Assembly: GCA_051294905.1 (NCBI GenBank)
Contig: CM119372.1
Coordinates: 8,868,001 to 8,932,000, forward strand
Direction: 5' to 3'
Length of the DNA stretch: 64,000 nt
Source: Botryllus schlosseri
Taxonomy: Eukaryota
The notes beneath the pieces are model-generated. The model was given only the letters and a program-made list of their open reading frames with translations. It searched no databases and was not told the origin of the DNA. Shown in pieces: positions 1 through 12,680 of this stretch (within the stretch, counting starts at the first letter, position 1; each line of letters starts with the position of its first letter). The position numbers and the translations under genes are program-made.

Positions 1-235
1 GAAATTACTACGCTAATCATCGGGTCACAGCCTTGAAACTTGGTACAGTGCTAGATAACAGCATGAAAATATACCATCCTAAATCCTGTCACCCAACTCG
101 ATATGGAACATACTCAAAATCAACAAAAACCAATAGCGACTTTGTCTTTAATTACTGTTGCACACGGATCGACAATAATATAGTTGTCCAAGGCATCTGG
201 GCGTGACAGTCACGTGATTTTCCGTGTGTTCACAT

Positions 236-2037
236 CAGAGGTGGTCACTGGTCAGTAACGAATTACTTCTACTTTTTCGAAGTACTCAAGTAGTTTTCCT
301 CTACTTCTGGTACTTCTGGTAAGTAGATCTTATTTTTGCTATCTCTATACTTCTACGTTGTTATATTTTGTGATCTACTTACTTACTTTTCGCCATTTTC
401 AGTTTGTCAGGTAGAAGTAGTTCAATCCTCCAATCAGAAAGATAGCCTGATGAATTTCGTGACTGTTTTCACGGAGTATCAACATTTAATTTTCATAAAA
501 GTTGAGTAAAGCCCAGAATTTTCCTCGCGCTTCGCGCACAGTGGATATGGAGTGACCAGCAGTATGATATCACGTAATCTAGCAGCCCATGGCGTGTACT
601 AATCTGGAAAAGTATACTCTGACTTTTTTAGTTTTAGACCTGTTTTAGCATACCACCTTTGAAACTTTCTGGACTAAAGACATGAAATACATTTTCCGCT
701 TTTAGAAGTAGTATTTATATTTCATTTTCAATTCCCAGTATCATATTTTGAGATCTAATTAGTATCAGTTCTTTTGTCTGCATATCATACATGTTGACGT
801 ATAACAGCAAGTGTGCCTTTAATTTTCGGAAATAAAGCTAAACAATATGGCATTTTTACGATCCACCATATTCCACTAATCGTTGCGCGTTTACTAATCG
901 CGCAAAGTGTTTACACCGTATCCTATACAACTTCTCCGTATTGCTCTTCGACTAAACTACGGGCCCTATGGGGGAGGACGCCATACCATGATATATTCTA
1001 AAACGTGCTTTTCGAGTTACAGAGGATTTACAGATTTCCATATCAATACTATTATTTTCATCCCATGATGCGGACGAATGCTTATTAGGACTCTTCAAAA
1101 ATGACCTTTTTTCTCAAATCGTACTGGCTACTTGATAAAATTGTTAGGTTACCTAATTTAAGCCTACACACAAAATTTGGTTCAATTCCAGCCAGTAACC
1201 GCTTTGCTACAGGAGAAGAAAGTTTCTATTTATTATGTAAAAATAAATAATAAAAAATTTGAAAATTTTCTGTTCACCACATGAAAGTGTTAGGCTGTCT
1301 ATAGAAACGATGCTCACGAAATTTCGTTCAATTCCAACCAGTGGAAGCGGAGTTATTGCCGTCGAAAAATTTGGATTTGAATAAAATAGTATTTACGGTG
1401 ACCGATTCTTTGTTTATTTATTATAGTTGTGCTCACCGTAAATACTATTTTATTCAAATCCAAATTTTTCGACGGCAATAACTCCGCTTCTACTGGTTGG
1501 AATTTAACCAAGTTTGGCGTGCATCGTTTCTATAGACAGCCTAACACTTTCATGGGGTGAACAGAAAATTTTCAAATTTTTTCTCATTTATTTTTAGATA
1601 ATAAATAGAAACTTTCTTCTACTGTAGCAAAGCGGTTACTGGCTGGAATTGAACCAAATTGTGTGTGTAGGCTTAAATTAGGTAACCTAACAATTTTATC
1701 AAGTAGCCAGTACGATTTGAGAAAAAAAAGTCATTTTTGAAGAGCCCTAATGCTTATGCTGTCGAAAATTGGATACCTCTTGGTATGCATCAATATAAAT
1801 CAAGCTCTGTACCCTTCGCATAGCTTAATTTCTAGCTTTTGACAGTCCATGCGAACGAATCACGATCGTTTTCACGATTACTTACTTACTTGAGTAGATC
1901 TAAAAAATGTCAATTCTACTTCTACTTCAAGTAGTTTTAGGTTGCATATGAAAAAAGTACTTCTACTCGTACTTGAGTAGATTTTTTCGTCGCTATTTCT
2001 ACTTGAGTAGCTTTCTTGACTACTTTGACCACCTCTG
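236..2037. mobile_element. hAT-type non-autonomous element (CAGAGGTGGTCA termini) with CTACTT/AGTAG-rich subterminal repeats; hosts a nested fold-back MITE
   Basis: Termini cagaggtggtca...tgaccacctctg are inverted repeats. Flanks gttcacat (228-235) and gttcacac (2038-2045) form an 8-bp TSD with 1 mismatch. Homologous copies at ~2460-3131 and 55713-57052. Confidence 0.8.
1086..1749. mobile_element. Fold-back (whole-length palindromic) hAT-type MITE
   Basis: Termini taggactcttcaaaaatgac...gtcatttttgaagagcccta; the two halves are near-perfect reverse complements. TSD atgcttat at 1078-1085 and 1750-1757. The empty site gaatgcttatgctgtcg is present in the sister host copy at ~2843. Confidence 0.9.
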
Positions 2038-2459
2038 GTTCACACCACCTTTGAGTTTAAGCACACGTTGCTCAAGTGCTCACTTCTCATACACATGATT
2101 TTTGATGATACGCCCGTCTTGGTCATCATAGGTTATACGCAGTTATTAGGCCGATCAGTAGTCGAATTGTGACTGTTGTGGTGGTACTTCGTGCGTGTGG
2201 GTCGTACGTAGGGGAGTATGGGGTTCTAAATCGAAACCCCGTTCTCTGAAATGACAATTCTATATCCATTATTTATAGTTCATTTGTAATCAGGCAATTA
2301 GTATCACGCTGTTGCGTTTCGACTGAAGAGTACGATGACATTTTAAAGTTGAAGCCTCACCATTTCCGAGCTGATATCTAAAAGGGATCAGCGGAATTTA
2401 CACTGATTTGGAATAAATAGTAATTATAATGTTTTCGTTTCGTTTTGCATTTTTTTAAC

Positions 2460-3131
2460 GTTAGACCTGTTTTAGCAGACCGCCGTTGAAACTTTTTCTT
2501 TTCATTCCCAGTATCATAGTTTGAGTTCTAATGAGTTTCAGAACATACATATTGAAGTATAAAGAAATTGTAGTAATGCCTCTATTTTCCGAAAATAAAG
2601 CTACACTATATGGTATTTTTACGATCAGCCATATTTTTGTTAACATTTACTAATCGCGCAAAGTGCAATCCCCGTATCCGACACAACTTTTTCTGCATTG
2701 CTCTTCGACAAATACTACGGGCTTTATAATGTGGGGGTGAGCGCCATACCATGATATTTTCTAAATCGGGGTGTTCGAGTAAACGGAGGATTAGCATCGC
2801 ATTTCTATATAAATGTTATCATTTTCCTTCCATGATGCGGACGAATGCTTATGCTGTCGAAAATTTATACCTCCTGGGATGCATCAATATGAATCAAGCT
2901 CTGCACTTTTCGCATAGCTCAATTTGCAGATTTTGACAGTCCATTTTAACGAATTACGATCTTTTTCACAACTATACTTACTTACTTGAGAAGATTCAAA
3001 GTCAGTCAATTCTACTTCTACTTCAAGTAGTTTTAAGCCGCCTTTAAAAGAAATATTTCTACTTGTACTTGAGTAGATTTTTGCGTCGCTACTTCTACTT
3101 GAGTAGCTTTCTTGACTACTTGACCACCTCT
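2460..3131. mobile_element. Partial second copy of the 236-2037 element
   Basis: Colinear similarity to 634-2037 without the nested MITE; ends in ...gactacttgaccacctct. Confidence 0.75.
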
Positions 3132-3581
3132 TCTTGTCTAGTCAAATTACTTTATCACTGCGAAAGGAAATGATTCTCATGCGAGCGGATGTTGAATAAC
3201 GACTAATATGATAGTGGTGAATCATACATGTTTGTTTCCCCACCCGAATATATGTTTGACGATTCCACTTTCGTCTCGTTTGTGATCAGTGTGAGCACTT
3301 CCCCTTTTCAATATCTGCAAATGAATGCCGCGGCTCAAGGCTCTCACCTTCCGCACGATCACCATGACTCGACAAAAGTAACCTGATCACCGTATTTGTA
3401 AACGGGCATGAATCGAACGGTAGATTGCGGACTGCGCAGAAGGAACTGATCGTTCGTGACACCGGCGCCGTATATAGCAGTTAGTTGTAAGGACATTGAC
3501 TAAGGAGCAAATTCAACGGTCCATACGTTTTCAGGGTACAACAGTTTCTACTACGTAGTGCGTATACTTTTCACCGAAGAA

Positions 3582-6500
3582 ATGAACAAAGCACTGAAAT
3601 TCGTAGTTTTTCTTGGCACAACAAGGGAAGGTCGCTTAGGCGAGAGGGCAGCAAAATTCATTTTAGAAAAAATTAAATCTAGAGGCCATCAAGTTGAATT
3701 CTTTGGTGAGTCCGAACTATGATTATGTTTGATGCTATATTGTGGTCAATAATCTGGCCCTGAGGAATTGTTCAACAGTTCTCATGAGTGCAGAAAAATT
3801 TATTTCATCTTGTGAATATGTAATTAATTTCGTTTCGAAAATGTCGTATACTGCATTGCATACTCCCTTCCAATACCATAAAACTTGTCGCAGCAAACCT
3901 ATTATAGTCAGCAGCTGGGTGTGTCCTACACTACATATGATTGCCGATTACAGGGCTAAAAATGAAATTATTGTGTTTATCGTCATCGATTTGTGCATTG
4001 TGCCCAGCGGCATAGGCCAGAGGTGTTTAGGATGCCTGAAAAACCCGCTTTTCCAAGATCGAATACCCCTTCATTTTGAATCCCCGATTCCAGCTCTAAT
4101 TTAGTATCATAGTAATCTGTCGTTTGTATTTTGATGCGTGAATAGACTGATTGTGATTAGTTGTCCCATCAAACTACACGAGGATGCCCCTTTTCTCTCG
4201 TATTTTTTCTCGTCTGTGAAATCGAGAGCAGCGAGGATGTAGTATCCAGCAGAGATGAGCATGGATTAGGATTAGGTTTTGAAAAAACAGGATTTGTGAA
4301 ATTTTGTCGGATTTGGATTGAATTTGTATTAGACATTTTTTTCAGAACGGATTAGGATTTGGATTGGATTGACCTTTTTTCTGGGAGATTGAAATGTCGT
4401 GTGGCGAACGGCGACAAACTTAATTCAGATCAGTTATTTATGTACTTATGGTTACTAAGTTATCTTGAATCAAGTGAATCGTTGGTTGTGAAAGAAAATC
4501 TTCGAATCCCTCCATTGCATAAATTGGTATTTTTTCTGAATTTCCAGTTGGAATCGGATTAGGATTGGACATGGACTTGAATATGTGAAAGTTATGAATT
4601 AGGATTTGGATTTGGATTTGAAGGTTCGGTTTTGGATTGGATTAGGACATAGAAATTTCAAATACGCTCATCTCTGGTATCCAGTACAGAGGATGTAGTA
4701 TCTAATACAGAGGCCGGCAACGTGCCAAAATATCAAAAAATTGTAAAATATCACCAACTGGCCCGCCTACCATTTTTAATTTTGTCATATTTAGCGTTTC
4801 AAGCAAGGAATGACACCAACCACCTATCTGTAGCTGGTAACGGCATCGGTTACGTCAGTGATTCTTGTATTAGGCCTATTGGTCGCGAAGGGTATAAATT
4901 TTGGTCGCTACCGCAAGAGACCTACCGCCTAATGTACGCAATGTGTGCATCATTTAAATTTATAGTCGCGCAATGAGCGATCTTCTCTGATTGCCTTGAT
5001 ATTTTCCAAGTATAGTATACTGTGTTCGGTACCATAGCCAATAAGTGACAGGCCCATCAAAGATTTTATGATGAGATGGCCCGATGATAGAAATGTGCCA
5101 ACCCCTGCAAATCATTTTGGCAACACACACAGGGCACGGAGTCGCATGTTGCAGAACGTGTGTCTCATATCGTGAAAATACCCTTGGCCAAAATGCTGAT
5201 TCCTATACAATATTCGCGATCCCGCAAGCTGTACAGTTCACACACACACTCCTAGACTAAAGTTCCCGAACGGTTTCATAAGATATTATGTTGTGGGTTT
5301 ATGTTGTGGGTTGTTTGTGGGTTTCCCAAAATCAAGAAATTAGGTCACGGTAAATCGCACGGAGCGTTAACAAAAATGTATTGGATAACTAAAACCTACC
5401 CCAAAAGGCTGTGTTATGTTGATTTATCAAATAATTTTAGCTTGTTCCATTTTAACAACGCATATGACATGATTTGCAACAAACATGGTTATAATATGTC
5501 TTGTTCGTCACATCATTTGGAGTGCCGTGAAAAATCATTTTGCGTGCCACAAATGGCACGCGTGTCGGGGTTTGCCGACCCCTGATCTAATATCTATGTA
5601 GGTTAGGGGTCACGAATAGGCAAGCGGCCGTGGAGATCATATTTTGCGGTCTGATTTGGGATTTCGGACGCATTTCGCAATGCTTAAATTAATTTAAGTT
5701 TCAAAATATTGTTAATGTTCAAAATAAGCAAATAAGCAATAACGACAACAATTAGCTGATATGACTGGGAAATAAGAAATGGGCATATTGCCTTTGGCCC
5801 AGACACTGACATGACCAGATACTTACAAACCGGCTCGTGGCTACCCCACAGGATCAAGCGTTACGAGAAGACAAATCTTTCACCTTGTGCCGTTGCGTTC
5901 CTCGTTATCCCCAATATCGATTGTTCAATATTGTCCAATCGCTGGGAAACGCTGTCAGGTATCGGGCTCAGCTCATAGTTCAAAATAAATTGGAGGTGAT
6001 GATTGTGATATTTTTGTTGTATTTATATTCCTGTCATAGAATTTGTTTCTTTTGTGATAACGATGCCCAATGCCCATGTTCGAGAGCACAAGCCGTTTTG
6101 ACGTAGAGTTTTAAAGCATAGTTGATAAACGGTATGGCCTATTTTGTATCGATATTGCATACTTGCGGCCTCTGCGAACTTTGAAAAGTGGCCCTCGACC
6201 AGTTTTGAGTTGGCGATCCCTGATGTATGTAGTGTCGACATTACTTCATATTTAACCATATAAATAGGGCTGGGAAAAATCGAGTACCTGAGTGATTCAA
6301 TTCTGAATCACGCATTATGCTTCGAGTCGGGGATTCGAGTATCACTCATTATGACGTAATAACAGTATGTAAGATGGCCATGTTCAAATCTGCACCTTTT
6401 ATGCGTCCACAAAGAATATAATGCCTGTTTTCCATCATATTGAAGATACTTTGGTATTTCCCGACCATGCCGATTTCATTGCGCTTTGTGAGATGTTGTG

Positions 6501-7749
6501 GATTGATCATGACTTCAGAAATATGTTATTTCCAGTAATATTAGTAGCTGAGTATAGCTTTGTACGATGTGTTTCGTATGCTGCGATACGGCCAATCAAG
6601 GTTTCAAGGCTACCACAGTGGAAACTAGTATCGAAACTATAATTCTCGCTGATGAATTAACTTTCAGTGGCGTGGAGCGTATATTTTCAGTACTTGAAAA
6701 ATTCGCGTTTTAATACTCGAGTCGAAACATTAGAATTAGTGCTCGATTCAAATTCGAGTACTTGAATGATTGTGCCCAGTCTTACATATAAATCGGTTAG
6801 AATTGAGAGCAAACCTGTTTTTAGAATGATCTCCTTTTGCATGAACTGGCTACGCGCTTGATATTACCGCTGTAAAAACGCTTGCACATATATAAATTAA
6901 ATAGACAATGAAATCGTTGCATGTTCTGGTTCGTCTTATCATTTTCATCATTTCAAAACAGATCCCGAAGTGCTGAAATTACCCATGCTGGTCAAACCGC
7001 TACATTTCTACAGAGATAGATCCACGGCCCCTGCGCAACTTCTGGAAATGAATCAGAAGGTTATGTAATAACGTCGAGCTGCATGCGGAGAGGCTTTTTT
7101 AACGAATTGGGCCAACTGTTTTCAGATTGTAGATGCAGATGCCATTGTCGTGGTTTCCGCGGAGTACAACCATTCCATTCCTCCAGCTTTGTCCAATCTG
7201 ATGGATCACTTTCCCGGAAGCTCATTCTCTTACAAACCCTCAGGAATTATGTGCTATTCACCAGGTTTGATGTTAATTCTCAATACAGGCACGTAATGCT
7301 TCGCTGCACTGAAAGTCTATGTTTCCGTATTCCGACATCGTGGCACTTAATGTCTTATTAAATGTCGAAATTCGATAGAGAACAGTCAGATGAATTCCGC
7401 AGCACAAATCTATCCATTCCTAAAGTTACATGCTGCTTTCATAGGGCAATACGGCGGGGTCCGGGCTGCTATGCAGCTTCGTGCCTTCCTCGGCGAAATG
7501 GGATGCATCTCTGTTTCCAATATATTCGCGATACCGAAGATACACGAACGTTTGGATGCGGAAGGCAAACCGAGCGTAAGTCAGCGTCATCGCAAACACT
7601 TTGTCATACTAATAAAATCATATATATGTTTGCTTCCGCAGTCTGACAGTGGAACCAATGATAATACCGTGAAGAACGCTACTAACTTTCTGGACCAAGT
7701 GCAGTGGTGGGCTGAAGCGGCAAGACATCAACGAGCACTGCGCAAATGA
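3582..7749 (+). CDS. NAD(P)H-dependent FMN reductase / quinone (azo/chromate) reductase family flavoprotein, 5 exons: 3582-3705, 6962-7059, 7126-7264, 7445-7575, 7642-7749
   Basis: All introns are GT-AG and phase-compatible. Translation [26 protein letters not shown]...[27 protein letters not shown]...[23 protein letters not shown]...[14 protein letters not shown] carries the flavodoxin-fold FMN_red motifs G(S/T)xRxG, EYNxS and GGxRA. Confidence 0.9.
4250..4676. mobile_element. hAT-type MITE with GGATT-rich subterminal repeats (intron 1 of the reductase)
   Basis: TIR cagagatgagc...gctcatctctg; TSD gtatccag at 4242-4249 and 4677-4684. Confidence 0.85.
4708..5584. mobile_element. Charlie/Buster-like hAT MITE
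   Basis: Termini cagaggccggcaac...gtttgccgacccctg; TSD atctaata on both sides. Confidence 0.8.
6265..6784. mobile_element. hAT-type MITE (TAGGG terminus, CGAGTA/GATTCG-rich)
   Basis: Termini tagggctggg...cccagtctta; TSD catataaa on both sides; related to 50382-50840. Confidence 0.75.
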
Positions 7750-10251
7750 GAACGCCACAATATTTGAAGCAAAATGGACTTTGCACTCTAATTTCCTCTT
7801 TGTGATATATTTGAAAGCTGAAAATGAACCTTTTTCCAAATTTAACTCGCATGATCATTTAATTGTTAGGTTTTCCGAAACGGCGAATAATTTTGCCACG
7901 TCGCCATGACCAAATATCGGATGCGGAGGTTCTTAACTGATGTTCCACAGAACACTAGGGGCTCCGTGAGCCAATCTCGCAGAGGTTCCGTAGAGGTCAA
8001 GGGACACAGTCAACTCATACATATGATTGGTGGTGATACGCCCGTCTTGGTTGTTATCACGCCGTTGAGTTTCGACCGTATAATACAACGGCATTTTTCA
8101 AGGTGAAGCCTCGCATTTCCGAACTGATATCAGAAAGGGATCAGCGGGAGTCACGCTGATTTGGAAGAAATAGTAATTGCGTTTTGTGGTAAAATTTTTA
8201 TTTTAATGGATTTGTTTTTTAACAGTATGTTGATGATTTAATGTGCATTTTGTGCACCAGTAATCTATAGTAATGTATGGGATGTGCAGTTAGATGGGTA
8301 TTATGGTAGATTTTTGTTTTCATGACTCAGCGAAAATTTGGGGTTCCGCGAAGGCTTGCGGATTAGCATAACTATCTCGCGGGTTAGTAAGGTTAAGAAC
8401 CACTGAGATGCAGATAGATAGTGTAAAGAGGAAGTAGTTTTGCCTGAAACTGTTCAAGTGGAAGTTGTTTACAACAATAGCCACCTGATTATGTAGCCAC
8501 CTGAGTCCAAGTAGGCAAAACCTACGCGAGGAGTCCGAAAAAGTTGAACAACTTCGTTACGGACCACTGTGACCTGTGACCACCTCTGAGAGAGAGCCTC
8601 TGGCGGAATTTCACAGAATGGTTCTTTCATGATATGCAGGGGTCGGGAAACTTTGGCTGTATTGATGATCGCATATGCCACTCTTAGAGAAATTAAAGCT
8701 GCGGCGATCTATTGTCCCCTTCTCCGTGATTCGTCAATTGAATCATATGTTTATTCGTGGCGGTGTTTACGCGATACAAAGTGCGACCGGTGTATGCTCG
8801 GGACTCGCGAATATGTGGATTGTGGAGTCGTGTTTGGCTGGCTAGCCTAGAGCTTGATTACTGAGCGATGGCTTTTTATTCGGACGCGACTGTCTTACAA
8901 CAGGAGAATTGATTTAGGCTACTGTAAGCCCTAGTAACTATAGGGAAAGTGGACTCACACCTGTCGACTGAAATAATTCCGTAAATTGAAATCTTGCTTG
9001 ATAATTATGAAGCGATTTCATTGGATCAAACTTACTAAGTACTGCTACTGGATTCCGCTATCGCGACAAACTAGCCTCCTGACACACTTGGACAACTAGA
9101 TAATTCTACTTGTCTAATTTCACTAAATTAGAGCGAAATGCCAGTAATCTAATTCTAATCTAATTTGTGACATGTTTATATGCTCTAATTCTAATTCTAA
9201 TCTAATTTGTAAAATGTATAGGCTACTTATGCTCTAGTTCTATTTCTAGTCTAATTTGTGAAATGTTCCTATGCTCTAATTTTAATTCTAATCTAATTTA
9301 CGGTTTTACTGAAAATGCCTCTTTTTCCGAGGCATTTTGTAGCGAGAATATCCGTCTCACGCAGGGAAATTCAGTGTCAAGCTGCTATCGCATTGCTTAC
9401 ACCGTATACATACAGTCATAGTAGTTATTGTGACGAATAATAGCCCCGCTGGCTGTAGTCTGCGAGCCGAACAACATGCTAGTTTCGATCACAAACAGAA
9501 CGACAGCATAGAAAGAGCGATAGTTAACACAGGCTTATTCACTTTCATGCCCTCAACTACACCAGAAAAAGAGGATGATTTCTTCCACATTTGTAAATAC
9601 TTTATTTCGCATTCCTCCAAAATCACTAATCAGATCGCCACGAAATGTGACCTCGCGAGCCGCGTGTTGGTGACCCCTGTTATCGTGCGAAACGAGCCAA
9701 GCTTGATGTAGAGACGCTAACCATATTCTTCTGGTTATGTAAATGCACTGTGATTTGAAATGAACTTGATTTTTGCTTTATTTATTTATCAATCTTAATT
9801 TCATTCAATTTCCAAGTTTTCGCGAATTCAGTAATTCTAATTCTAATCTAATTCGAAAAGAAACTATATGTAGCTGTAATTCTAATTCTAAACTAATTTG
9901 CAAAAAGCTGTGGAGCTCTAATTTTAATTTTAATCTAATTCGGAAACGCTGAAAATTTTCTAGTTTTCCAAGTCTGCCTCCTGGTAACTGACAGTGGTCG
10001 TATAGTGACTACTTGATTACATCATACCTTTATTGTACCAAGCTACCAACATTGGCATTCCATAAATTGACTGATACGCTGCAATATTGATATCCAATAC
10101 ATAAGGCACACGAGTCAAATACGCCAAATGGCAAATCTCTCGGGGTTTTACTGCACTCGGACATGTCCTGGAGCTGGAAGAGTCATATTCATTTACCGGA
10201 CACAAAATTATCACCGAAACGTGGCCTCTGTTCTACGGCCTTAGACGCTGC

Positions 10252-11046
10252 ATGTCAGCCTGGGTTCTTCTGATACTCTTTAAATCCTTAATCCAATCGA
10301 AGTTACAGTATGGCATCCTCTGTTGGGGAGCTGGCAGTAAAACTACTCGAGCTACTGCAAAAACTACAACATGCATTGCAATACTTCGCATCATAGGTAG
10401 GACTCCAAAGGGACCGGTTTGTCAATTTCCAGTCCATCCAACAAGTCGCTGCTGAAAAGATTCGATGTCCTAAACACAACGATATGCGAAAAATAAAAAT
10501 CGCCAAGTTTATGTATCAGTTCCACTGCGGTCATGGCCCCGAATATTTTGATGACTTATTTACCTCGGGATCAGAAGCGCACAAAGTAGGCTACGACACA
10601 CGCCCGACCATGTCGTCCATATCATATGATCGACCGAAAAGATCATCGCTCTATCAAATATTTCCGACCTGACGTGTGGAACAATCCCGTCGGCTATCTG
10701 ACAGTCGACGATCATGTCCATTGCCACATTCCAGTCGAAATACAAGCAATTTCTACTAAATGAATACTAGTCCGTCATCAAGATTACCGGACCACGACCT
10801 GACCTATCGATCTCGCCTTCCGTGACATGCCACCTCAATTTTGTCGCTTGCTTTTCCATATTATCTTCTTTTACTTCTCATTCAGTGTGCATGCCCCCTC
10901 TTTACATTGCCTATGCCAGGGTGGCTGTCTGATTTCAAAGACTACTCCAAGTCGTTTCGACACCTTCCTTCTTTTCATTGTATCGCAATTTTTGTGGTGT
11001 ATTGAACTGATAAAATTGCTGATAAACCGAACCGAACCAAACCGAA
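10252..11046 (+). mobile_element. Decayed 3' end of a CR1/L2-group (Crack-like) LINE: ORF2 C-terminal remnant, 3' UTR and short-repeat tail
   Basis: Frameshifted peptides LFKSLIQSKLQYGILCWG...AILRII and KIAKFMYQFH...PEYFDDLF...YDTR are typical of the post-RT region of CR1-group ORF2. The 3' UTR is shared with 61458-61735 and 62040-62379. Tail (accga)n. Confidence 0.75.
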
Positions 11047-11948
11047 GAGGAATAAGTCATTTATAGGTCATCATCATCATTGGTTTATTAGCAATTTTAT
11101 CATAAATATGTAGAATATATTAAACACTTTAGCTTCTCAGCGAGACACATACTCCGAATTAATTTAGTGATCATCGCACAAAATTGTAGTAACGTGACTG
11201 ACGGTCTGTCTAATATACGAGACGTGCTACCACTACACAAAATACTACGGGGATTATCGTCACATGAGCACAACCGCGGTAATTCGAAATTTGGGGTTGG
11301 AAACTGAATTTGTAATAAACTTCGCTTCGCGTACTGATCGCACTACACAGCAATATAGGAAATCTGACCATACATGGCTGGATGATATATAATGAGTTCA
11401 GTCCTGGTTCTATTAAATTAGGCCACATCAGTTCTGAGCACTAAAAATACGGCTCTCATGAAGAATACCACGTATAGCGAACTTCGATTTCGTGCGGCCA
11501 TGACGACGTCACGAATGTTCAATTTTGACGTTGGAATTCATGGAAATTGTTATAGGCTCTTGGGTAAATACAATGGAAAATAACGGGCCAATATGACTTG
11601 ATCCCTTCATCAAAAGTTTCCCAAAGCCCGCTACAACTGATGTCACCACGGCTTAGCCTATAAATCGATAAAATCCCAGTCGTACTCTGGCCAATTGACC
11701 TATATCGGGCATCCGCATGACACCCACTAGATGTCAATAAATATTTAAAATTATCAATTACCGTGTTTCTCGTACGAACATAAAGTCGCACCACATGCCT
11801 CGTGGTACGTTAGATTTTTTCAATTTTGTAAAATTACAAGGCAGTACATACGGAACAGCTTGCCTCTAGTCGCAATTTTTCGTTGACTCGACTTGACTCG
11901 GATCATTTTCTTCAAAATGGATTTTAATGATTTATCAAGCATATAGGC

Positions 11949-12242
11949 CAGGGTTACCATACGTCCTCCTTTAGGAGGATTTATCCTCATTTTTCAGGTT
12001 TTCGAAAATATCATCCGAGGACGCCTAATGTCCTCCTTTTGGCAATTCGTCCTCTCTCTACAGCTTTTACAGCTTTAGGATAATGGATAGATTCGAGTGA
12101 AAACGGGCATAAATGACGCTCATTCGTGGTGCGATCGAAATCGGCGATCCTTTTTTCTTCTAGTTTTGATGATCTAACTTTTCTGATTTGGTCAAAGTGT
12201 CCTACTTTCCCGATTCCAACATATGGCAAGATTGGCAACCCT
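11949..12242. mobile_element. GTCC/GGAC-rich hAT-like MITE family (GGGTTACC...GGCAACCC); related copies at ~21031-21310, ~30795-31050, ~52500-52962
   Basis: Shared termini agggttaccatacgtcc / ggacgtatggtaaccct and tgtcctc repeats at several loci. Confidence 0.6.
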
Positions 12243-12680
12243 TGAGTGGGGAAACTGATCCGGGACCTTCGATACCACACAAGAGTTTCACAGAAAGGAG
12301 TTGAAGTTGACTGGAACTCTATTATGAACAGTAAACAATATGACTTGATACTCGAGTCTTAACACTTTGACTCGGACTCGACCCAGTGCTCCCTGACTTG
12401 GACTTGACTCGGTGGTGAATGGAATATGACTCGAGTCAAAATTATAAAAGTCAAATTGACTTGTGACTTGGAACCCTGTTCTTTCCTACTCCTACGTCCA
12501 ATATTCTCAACTTCGCTAAAATTTCTTACGTCAAATACACCTCGCAACAATTACATAAAAGTATCAGAACACAACGAATGTTTATTCATTATAGTAAAAC
12601 GAAAATAAGATCTTGAAGATAACTATATTTAATTGCAGTAGTTTAGAAGCCACAGTGAAAGGAACCTTAATGCGAAAGAT

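Noticed and set aside
9090..9980. TAATTC/TAATCT repeat clusters
   Set aside because: Most likely subterminal repeats of another MITE; ends not resolved confidently and nothing suggests a novel function.
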